From Eledone cirrhosa (Eukaryota), in NCBI GenBank assembly GCA_964016885.1, contig OZ024748.1, forward strand, positions 41,850,001-41,914,000: 64,000 nucleotides of DNA. Reading direction: 5' to 3'. Below are positions 53,941 to 64,000 of the stretch, one piece after another. The translations under genes were made by a program, and so were the position numbers. The notes under the pieces are model-generated. The model searched no databases. It was not told where the DNA came from and saw nothing but the letters and a program-made list of their open reading frames with translations. Positions within the stretch are counted from its first letter, which is position 1; every line of letters starts with the position of its first letter.

Positions 53941-56900
53941 AGAAGGCATTGCCCCAGCATGGCCACAGTCTAATGACAGAAGACAGTAAAAGAAGGCAAT
54001 GCCCCAGCATGGCCACAGTCTAATGACAGAAGACAGTAAAAGAAGGCAGTGCCCCAGCATGGCCACAGTCTAATGACAGAAGACAGTAAAAGAAGGCAGT
54101 GCCCCAGCATGGCCACAGTTTAATGACAGAAGACAGTGAAAGAAGGCAGTGCCCCAGCATGGCCACAGTCTAATGACTGAAACCAATAAAAGAAGGCAGT
54201 GCCCCAGCATGGCCACAGTCTAATGACTGAAACCAATAAAAGAAGGCAGTGCCCTAGCATGGCCACAGTCTAATGACTGAAACCAATAAAAGAAGGCAGT
54301 GCCCCAGCATGGCCACAGTCTAATGACTGAAACCAATAAAAGAAGGCAGTGCCCCAGCATGGCCACAGTCTAATGACTGAAACCAATAAAAGAAGGCAGT
54401 GCCCCAGCATGGCCACAGTCTAATGACAGAAGACAGTAAAAGAAGGCAGTGCCCCAGCATGGCCACAGTCTAATGACAGAAGACAGTGAAAGAGGGCAGT
54501 GCCCCAGCATGGCCACAGTCTAATGACTGAAACCAATAAAAGAAGGCAGTGCCCCAGCATGGCCACAGTCTAATGACTGAAACCAATAAAAGAAGGCAGT
54601 GCCCCAGCATGGCCACAGTCTAATGACAGAAGACAGTAAAAGAAGGCAGTGCCCCAGCATGGCCACAGTCTAATGACAGAAGACAGTGAAAGAAGGCAGT
54701 GCCCCAGCATGGCCACAGTCTAATGACTGAAAACAATAAAAGAAGGCAGTGCCCCAGCATGGCCACAGTCTAATGACTGAAACCAATAAAAGAAGGCAGT
54801 GCCCCAGCATGGCCACAGTCTAATGACGGAAACCAATAAAAGAAGGCAGTGCCCCAGCATGGCCACAGTCTAATGACTGAAACCAATAAAAGAAGGCAGT
54901 GCCCCAGCATGGCCACAGTCTAATGACTGAAACCAATAAAAGAAGGGAGTGCCCCAGCATGGCCACAGTCTAATGACTGAAACCAATAAAAGAAGGCAGT
55001 GCCCCAGCATGGCCACAGTCTAATGACTGAAACCAATAAAAGAAGGCAGTGCCCCAGCATGGCCACAGTCTAATGACTGAAACCAATAAAAGAAGGCAGT
55101 GCCCCAGCATGGCCACAGTCTAATGACTGAAACCAATAAAAGAAGGCAGTGCCCCAGCATGGCCACAGTCTAATGACTGAAACCAATAAAAGAAGGCAGT
55201 GCCCCAGCATGGCCACAGTCTAATGACAGAAGACAGTAAAAGAAGGCAGTGCCCCAGCATGGCCACAGTCTAATGACAGAAGACAGTAAAAGAAGGCAGT
55301 GCCCCAGCATGGCCACAGTCTAATGACTGAAACCAATAAAAGAAGGCAGTGCCCCAGCATGGCCACAGTCTAATGACAGAAGACAGTAAAAGAAGGCAGT
55401 GCCCCAGCATGGCCACAGTCTAATGACAGAAGACAGTGAAAGAAGGCAGTGCCCCAGCATGGCTACAGTCTGATGACTGAAACCAATAAAAGAAGGCAGT
55501 GCCCCAGCATGGCCACAGTCTAATGACTGAAACCAATAAAAGAAGGCAGTGCCCCAGCATGGCCACAGTCTAATGACTGAAACCAATAAAAGAAGGCAGT
55601 GCCCCAGCATGGCCACAGTCTAATGACTGAAACCAATAAAAGAAGGCAGTGCCCCAGCATGGCCACAGTCTAATGACTGAAACCAATAAAAGAAGGCAGT
55701 GCCCCAGCATGGCCACAGTCTAATGACTGAAACCAATAAAAGAAGGCAGTGCCCCAGCATGGCCACAGTCTAATGACTGAAACCAATAAAAGAAGGCAGT
55801 GCCCCAGCATGGCCACAGTCTAATGACTGAAACCAATAAAAGAAGGCAGTGCCCCAGTCTAATGACTGAAACCAATAAAAGAAGGCAGTGCCCCAGCATG
55901 GCCACAGTCTAATGACAGAAGACAGTAAAAGAAGGCAGTGCCCCAGCATGGCCACAGTCTAATGACTGAAACCAATAAAAGAAGGCAGTGCCCCAGCATG
56001 GCCACAGTCTAATGACTGAAACCAATAAAAGAAGGCAGTGCCCCAGCATGGCCACAGTCTAATGACAGAAGACAGTAAAAGAAGGCAGTGCCCCAGCATG
56101 GCCACAGTCTAATGACTGAAACCAATAAAAGAAGGCAGTGCCCCAGCATGGCCACAGTCTAATGACAGAAGACAGTAAAAGAAGGCAGTGCCCCAGCATG
56201 GCCACAGTCTAATGACTGAAACCAATAAAAGAAGGCAGTGCCCCAGCATGGCCACAGTCTAATGACAGAAGACAGTAAAAGAAGACAGTGCCCCAGCATG
56301 GCCACAGTCTAATGACTGAAACCAATAAAAGAAGGCAGTGCCCCAGCATGGCCACAGTCTAATGACTGAAACCAATAAAAGAAGGCAGTGCCCCAGCATG
56401 GCCACAGTCTAATGACAGAAGACAGTAAAAGAAGGCAGTGCCCCAGCATGGCCACAGTCTAATGACTGAAACCAATAAAAGAAGGCAGTGCCCCAGCATG
56501 GCCACAGTCTAATGACAGAAGACAGTAAAAGAAGGCAGTGCCCCAGCATGGCCACAGTCTAATGACTGAAACCAATAAAAGAAGGCAGTGCCCCAGCATG
56601 GCCACAGTCTAATGACAGAAGACAGTAAAAGAAGGCAGTGCCCCAGCATGGCCACAGTCTAATGACTGAAACCAATAAAAGAAGGCAGTGCCCCAGCATG
56701 GCCACAGTCTAATGACAGAAGACAATAAAAGAAGGCAGTGCCCCAGCATGGCCACAGTCTAATGACAGAAGACAGTAAAAGAAGGCAGTGCCCCAGCATG
56801 GCCACAGTCTAATGACTGAAACCAATAAAAGAAGGCAGTGCCCCAGCATGGCCACAGTCTAATGACAGAAGACAGTAAAAGAAGGCAGTGCCCCAGCATG

Positions 56901-59900
56901 GCCACAGTCTAATGACTGAAACCAATAAAAGAAGGCAGTGCCCCAGCATGGCCACAGTCTAATGACAGAAGACAGTAAAAGAAGGCAGTGCCCCAGCATG
57001 GCCAGTCTAATGACAGAAGACAGTAAAAGAAGGCAGTGCCCCAGCATGGCCACAGTCTAATGACTGAAACCAATAAAAGAAGGCAGTGCCCCAGCATGGC
57101 CACAGTCTAATGACAGAAGACAGTAAAAGAAGGCAGTGCCCCAGCATGGCCACAGTCTAATGACTGAAACCAATAAAAGAAGGCAGTGCCCCAGCATGGC
57201 CACAGTCTAATGACAGAAGACAGTAAAAGAAGGCAGTGCCCCAGCATGGCCACAGTCTAATGACTGAAACCAATAAAAGAAGGCAGTGCCCCAGCATGGC
57301 CACAGTCTAATGACTGAAACCAATAAAAGAAGGCAGTGCCCCAGCATGGCCACAGTCTAATGACAGAAGACAGTAAAAGAAGGCAGTGCCCCAGCATGGC
57401 CACAGTCTAATGACTGAAACCAATAAAAGAAGGCAGTGCCCCAGCATGGCCACAGTCTAATGACAGAAGACAGTAAAAGAAGGCAGTGCCCCAGCATGGC
57501 CACAGTCTAATGACTGAAACCAATAAAAGAAGGCAGTGCCCCAGCATGGCCACAGTCTAATGACAGAAGACAGTAAAAGAAGGCAGTGCCCCAGCATGGC
57601 CACAGTCTAATGACTGAAACCAATAAAAGAAGGCAGTGCCCCAGCATGGCCACAGTCTAATGACAGAAGACAGTAAAAGAAGGCAGTGCCCCAGCATGGC
57701 CACAGTCTAATGACTGAAACCAATAAAAGAAGGCAGTGCCCCAGCATGGCACAGTCTAATGACAGAAGACAGTAAAAGAAGGCAGTGCCCCAGCATGGCC
57801 ACAGTCTAATGACTGAAGACAGTAAAAGAAGGCAGTGCCCCAGCATGGCCACAGTCTAATGACAGAAGACAGTAAAAGAAGGCAGTGCCCCAGCATGGCC
57901 ACAGTCTAATGACTGAAACCAATAAAAGAAGGCAGTGCCCCAGCATGGCCACAGTCTAATGACTGAAACCAATAAAAGAAGGCAGTGCCCCAGCATGGCC
58001 ACAGTCTAATGACAGAAGACAGTAAAAGAAGGCAGTGCCCCAGCATGGCCACAGTCTAATGACTGAAACCAATAAAAGAAGGCAGTGCCCCAGCATGGCC
58101 ACAGTCTAATGACTGAAACCAATAAAAGAAGGCAGTGCCCCAGCATGGCCACAGTCTAATGACTGAAACCAATAAAAGAAGGCAGTGCCCCAGCATGGCC
58201 ACAGTCTAATGACAGAAGACAGTAAAAGAAGGCAGTGCCCCAGCATGGCCACAGTCTAATGACTGAAACCAATAAAAGAAGGCAGTGCCCCAGCATGGCC
58301 ACAGTCTAATGACAGAAGACAGTAAAAGAAGGCAGTGCCCCAGCATGGCCAGTCTAATGACTGAAACCAATAAAAGAAGGCAGTGCCCCAGCATGGCCAC
58401 AGTCTAATGACAGAAGACAGTAAAAGAAGGCAGTGCCCCAGCATGGCCACAGTCTAATGACTGAAACCAATAAAAGAAGGCAGTGCCCCAGCATGGCCAC
58501 AGTCTAATGACAGAAGACAGTAAAAGAAGGCAGTGCCCCAGCATGGCCACAGTCTAATGACTGAAACCAATAAAAGAAGGCAGTGCCCCAGCATGGCACA
58601 GTCTAATGACAGAAGACAGTAAAAGAAGGCAGTGCCCCAGCATGGCCACAATCTAATGACTGAAGACAGTAAAAGAAGGCAGTGCCCCAGCATGGCCACA
58701 GTCTAATGACAGAAGACAGTAAAAGAAGGCAGTGCCCCAGCATGGCCACAGTCTAATGACTGAAGACAGTAAAAGAAGGCAGTGCCCCAGCATGGCCACA
58801 GTCTAATGACAGAAGACAGTAAAAGAAGGCAGTGCCCCAGCATGGCCACAGTCTAATGACTGAAGACAGTAAAAGAAGGCAGTGCCCCAGCATGGCCACA
58901 GTCTAATGACAGAAGACAGTAAAAGAAGGCAGTGCCCCAGCATGGCCACAGTCTAATGACTGAAACCAATAAAAGAAGGCAGTGCCCCAGCATGGCCACA
59001 GTCTAATGACTGAAACCAATAAAAGAAGGCAGTGCCCCAGCATGGCCACAGTCTAATGACTGAAACCAATAAAAGAAGGCAGTGCCCCAGCATGGCCACA
59101 GTCTAATGACAGAAGACAGTAAAAGAAGGCAGTGCCCCAGCATGGCCACAGTCTAATGACTGAAACCAATAAAAGAAGGCAGTGCCCCAGCATGGCCACA
59201 GTCTAATGACAGAAGACAGTAAAAGAAGGCAGTGCCCCAGCATGGCCACAGTCTAATGACTGAAGACAGTAAAAGAAGGCAGTGCCCCAGCATGGCCACA
59301 GTCTAATGACAGAAGACAGTAAAAGAAGGCAGTGCCCCAGCATGGCCACAGTCTAATGACTGAAACCAATAAAAGAAGGCAGTGCCCCAGCATGGCCACA
59401 GTCTAATGACTGAAACCAATAAAAGAAGGCAGTGCCCCAGCATGGCCACAGTCTAATGACAGAAGACAGTAAAAGAAGGCAGTGCCCCAGCATGGCCACA
59501 GTCTAATGACAGAAGACAGTAAAAGAAGGCAGTGCCCCAGCATGGCCACAGTCTAATGACTGAAACCAATAAAAGAAGGCAGTGCCCCAGCATGGCCACA
59601 GTCTAATGACTGAAACCAATAAAAGAAGGCAGTGCCCCAGCATGGCCACAGTCTAATGACTGAAACCAATAAAAGAAGGCAGTGCCCCAGCATGGCCACA
59701 GTCTAATGACAGAAGACAGTAAAAGAAGGCAGTGCCCCAGCATGGCCACAGTCTAATGACTGAAACCAATAAAAGAAGGCAGTGCCCCAGCATGGCCACA
59801 GTCTAATGACTGAAACCAATAAAAGAAGGCAGTGCCCCAGCATGGCCACAGTCTAATGACAGAAGACAGTAAAAGAAGGCAGTGCCCCAGCATGGCCACA

Positions 59901-62900
59901 GTCTAATGACTGAAACCAATAAAAGAAGGCAGTGCCCCAGCATGGCCACAGTCTAATGACAGAAGACAGTAAAAGAAGGCAGTGCCCCAGCATGGCCACA
60001 GTCTAATGACAGAAGACAGTAAAAGAAGGCAGTGCCCCAGCATGGCCACAGTCTAATGACTGAAACCAATAAAAGAAGGCAGTGCCCCAGCATGGCCACA
60101 GTCTAATGACTGAAACCAATAAAAGAAGGCAGTGCCCCAGCATGGCCACAGTCTAATGACAGAAGACAGTAAAAGAAGGCAGTGCCCCAGCATGGCCACA
60201 GTCTAATGACTGAAACCAATAAAAGAAGGCAGTGCCCCAGCATGGCCACAGTCTAATGACAGAAGACAGTAAAAGAAGGCAGTGCCCCAGCATGGCCACA
60301 GTCTAATGACTGAAACCAATAAAAGAAGGCAGTGCCCCAGCATGGCCACAGTCTAATGACAGAAGACAGTAAAAGAAGACAGTGCCCCAGCATGGCCACA
60401 GTCTAATGACTGAAACCAATAAAAGAAGGCAGTGCCCCAGCATGGCCACAGTCTAATGACTGAAACCAATAAAAGAAGGCAGTGCCCCAGCATGGCCACA
60501 GTCTAATGACAGAAGACAGTAAAAGAAGGCAGTGCCCCAGCATGGCCACAGTCTAATGACTGAAACCAATAAAAGAAGGCAGTGCCCCAGCATGGCCACA
60601 GTCTAATGACAGAAGACAGTAAAAGAAGGCAGTGCCCCAGCATGGCCACAGTCTAATGACTGAAACCAATAAAAGAAGGCAGTGCCCCAGCATGGCCACA
60701 GTCTAATGACAGAAGACAGTAAAAGAAGGCAGTGCCCCAGCATGGCCACAGTCTAATGACTGAAACCAATAAAAGAAGGCAGTGCCCCAGCATGGCCACA
60801 GTCTAATGACAGAAGACAATAAAAGAAGGCAGTGCCCCAGCATGGCCACAGTCTAATGACAGAAGACAGTAAAAGAAGGCAGTGCCCCAGCATGGCCACA
60901 GTCTAATGACTGAAACCAATAAAAGAAGGCAGTGCCCCAGCATGGCCACAGTCTAATGACAGAAGACAGTAAAAGAAGGCAGTGCCCCAGCATGGCCACA
61001 GTCTAATGACTGAAACCAATAAAAGAAGGCAGTGCCCCAGCATGGCCACAGTCTAATGACAGAAGACAGTAAAAGAAGGCAGTGCCCCAGCATGGCCAGT
61101 CTAATGACAGAAGACAGTAAAAGAAGGCAGTGCCCCAGCATGGCCACAGTCTAATGACTGAAACCAATAAAAGAAGGCAGTGCCCCAGCATGGCCACAGT
61201 CTAATGACAGAAGACAGTAAAAGAAGGCAGTGCCCCAGCATGGCCACAGTCTAATGACTGAAACCAATAAAAGAAGGCAGTGCCCCAGCATGGCCACAGT
61301 CTAATGACAGAAGACAGTAAAAGAAGGCAGTGCCCCAGCATGGCCACAGTCTAATGACTGAAACCAATAAAAGAAGGCAGTGCCCCAGCATGGCCACAGT
61401 CTAATGACTGAAACCAATAAAAGAAGGCAGTGCCCCAGCATGGCCACAGTCTAATGACAGAAGACAGTAAAAGAAGGCAGTGCCCCAGCATGGCCACAGT
61501 CTAATGACTGAAACCAATAAAAGAAGGCAGTGCCCCAGCATGGCCACAGTCTAATGACAGAAGACAGTAAAAGAAGGCAGTGCCCCAGCATGGCCACAGT
61601 CTAATGACTGAAACCAATAAAAGAAGGCAGTGCCCCAGCATGGCCACAGTCTAATGACAGAAGACAGTAAAAGAAGGCAGTGCCCCAGCATGGCCACAGT
61701 CTAATGACTGAAACCAATAAAAGAAGGCAGTGCCCCAGCATGGCCACAGTCTAATGACAGAAGACAGTAAAAGAAGGCAGTGCCCCAGCATGGCCACAGT
61801 CTAATGACTGAAACCAATAAAAGAAGGCAGTGCCCCAGCATGGCACAGTCTAATGACAGAAGACAGTAAAAGAAGGCAGTGCCCCAGCATGGCCACAGTC
61901 TAATGACTGAAGACAGTAAAAGAAGGCAGTGCCCCAGCATGGCCACAGTCTAATGACAGAAGACAGTAAAAGAAGGCAGTGCCCCAGCATGGCCACAGTC
62001 TAATGACTGAAACCAATAAAAGAAGGCAGTGCCCCAGCATGGCCACAGTCTAATGACTGAAACCAATAAAAGAAGGCAGTGCCCCAGCATGGCCACAGTC
62101 TAATGACAGAAGACAGTAAAAGAAGGCAGTGCCCCAGCATGGCCACAGTCTAATGACTGAAACCAATAAAAGAAGGCAGTGCCCCAGCATGGCCACAGTC
62201 TAATGACTGAAACCAATAAAAGAAGGCAGTGCCCCAGCATGGCCACAGTCTAATGACTGAAACCAATAAAAGAAGGCAGTGCCCCAGCATGGCCACAGTC
62301 TAATGACAGAAGACAGTAAAAGAAGGCAGTGCCCCAGCATGGCCACAGTCTAATGACTGAAACCAATAAAAGAAGGCAGTGCCCCAGCATGGCCACAGTC
62401 TAATGACAGAAGACAGTAAAAGAAGGCAGTGCCCCAGCATGGCCACAGTCTAATGACTGAAACCAATAAAAGAAGGCAGTGCCCCAGCATGGCCACAGTC
62501 TAATGACAGAAGACAGTAAAAGAAGGCAGTGCCCCAGCATGGCCACAGTCTAATGACTGAAACCAATAAAAGAAGGCAGTGCCCCAGCATGGCCACAGTC
62601 TAATGACAGAAGACAGTAAAAGAAGGCAGTGCCCCAGCATGGCCACAGTCTAATGACTGAAACCAATAAAAGAAGGCAGTGCCCCAGCATGGCACAGTCT
62701 AATGACAGAAGACAGTAAAAGAAGGCAGTGCCCCAGCATGGCCACAATCTAATGACTGAAGACAGTAAAAGAAGGCAGTGCCCCAGCATGGCCACAGTCT
62801 AATGACAGAAGACAGTAAAAGAAGGCAGTGCCCCAGCATGGCCACAGTCTAATGACTGAAGACAGTAAAAGAAGGCAGTGCCCCAGCATGGCCACAGTCT

Positions 62901-64000
62901 AATGACAGAAGACAGTAAAAGAAGGCAGTGCCCCAGCATGGCCACAGTCTAATGACTGAAGACAGTAAAAGAAGGCAGTGCCCCAGCATGGCCACAGTCT
63001 AATGACAGAAGACAGTAAAAGAAGGCAGTGCCCCAGCATGGCCACAGTCTAATGACTGAAACCAATAAAAGAAGGCAGTGCCCCAGCATGGCCACAGTCT
63101 AATGACTGAAACCAATAAAAGAAGGCAGTGCCCCAGCATGGCCACAGTCTAATGACTGAAACCAATAAAAGAAGGCAGTGCCCCAGCATGGCCACAGTCT
63201 AATGACAGAAGACAGTAAAAGAAGGCAGTGCCCCAGCATGGCCACAGTCTAATGACTGAAACCAATAAAAGAAGGCAGTGCCCCAGCATGGCCACAGTCT
63301 AATGACAGAAGACAGTAAAAGAAGGCAGTGCCCCAGCATGGCCACACTCTAATGACTGAAGACAGTAAAAGAAGGCAGTGCCCCAGCATGGCCACAGTCT
63401 AATGACAGAAGACAGTAAAAGAAGGCAGTGCCCCAGCATGGCCACAGTCTAATGACTGAAACCAATAAAAGAAGGCAGTGCCCCAGCATGGCCACAGTCT
63501 AATGACTGAAACCAATAAAAGAAGGCAGTGCCCCAGCATGGCCACAGTCTAATGACAGAAGACAGTAAAAGAAGGCAGTGCCCCAGCATGGCCACAGTCT
63601 AATGACAGAAGACAGTAAAAGAAGGCAGTGCCCCAGCATGGCCACAGTCTAATGACTGAAACCAATAAAAGAAGGCAGTGCCCCAGCATGGCCACAGTCT
63701 AATGACTGAAACCAATAAAAGAAGGCAGTGCCCCAGCATGGCCACAGTCTAATGACTGAAACCAATAAAAGAAGGCAGTGCCCCAGCATGGCCACAGTCT
63801 AATGACAGAAGACAGTAAAAGAAGGCAGTGCCCCAGCATGGCCACAGTCTAATGACTGAAACCAATAAAAGAAGGCAGTGCCCCAGCATGGCCACAGTCT
63901 AATGACTGAAACCAATAAAAGAAGGCAGTGCCCCAGCATGGCCACAGTCTAATGACAGAAGACAGTAAAAGAAGGCAGTGCCCCAGCATGGCCACAGTCT
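53941..64000. repeat. 50-bp satellite, >=200 copies with two main variants, continues past the window end
   Basis: agaaggcagtgccccagcatggccacagtctaatgac followed by either tgaaaccaataaa or agaagacagtaaa. Confidence 0.98.

Noticed and set aside
53941-64000. CRISPR-like appearance (constant repeat plus variable segment)
   Set aside because: The variable part has only two main 13-bp states rather than unique spacers, there are no cas genes, and the context is a eukaryotic intron.

Overview
Eukaryotic animal genomic DNA, AT-rich and dense in microsatellites. The repeat landscape (tRNA-derived SINEs with RTE-type tails, TTAA MITEs, Penelope-like elements) suggests a coleoid cephalopod such as Octopus; this is inference. 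The window holds two minus-strand genes. (1) The 3' 25 coding exons of virilizer/VIRMA (KIAA1429, the m6A writer scaffold) span 53805 to 5404. I assembled them by hand with GT-AG sites and consistent phases into about 1215 codons ending ...GRHFRSFTK*; the 5' exons lie beyond the window. (2) An intron-free 5' part of tubulin-specific chaperone E (TBCE; CAP-Gly plus LRR) starts at 839 and runs off the window. The introns carry two decayed RTE-clade LINEs (one of them just downstream of the gene), a 5'-truncated Penelope-like RT/GIY-YIG element with an open ORF, Helitron-like elements, MITEs and many SINEs. About half of the window is tandem repeat: 39-bp x ~480, 50-bp x ~200, and 48-, 41-, 38-, 36- and ~27-bp arrays. 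The main observations are: at least four intact-core and several degenerate minimal hammerhead ribozymes in VIRMA introns; giant intronic satellites apparently amplified from different segments of SINEs, with kb-scale higher-order structure and positions just upstream of splice acceptors; a SINE/LINE pair sharing a 3' tail; and a LINE fragment nested in a TTAA MITE. Most ORFs in the supplied track are repeat artefacts.
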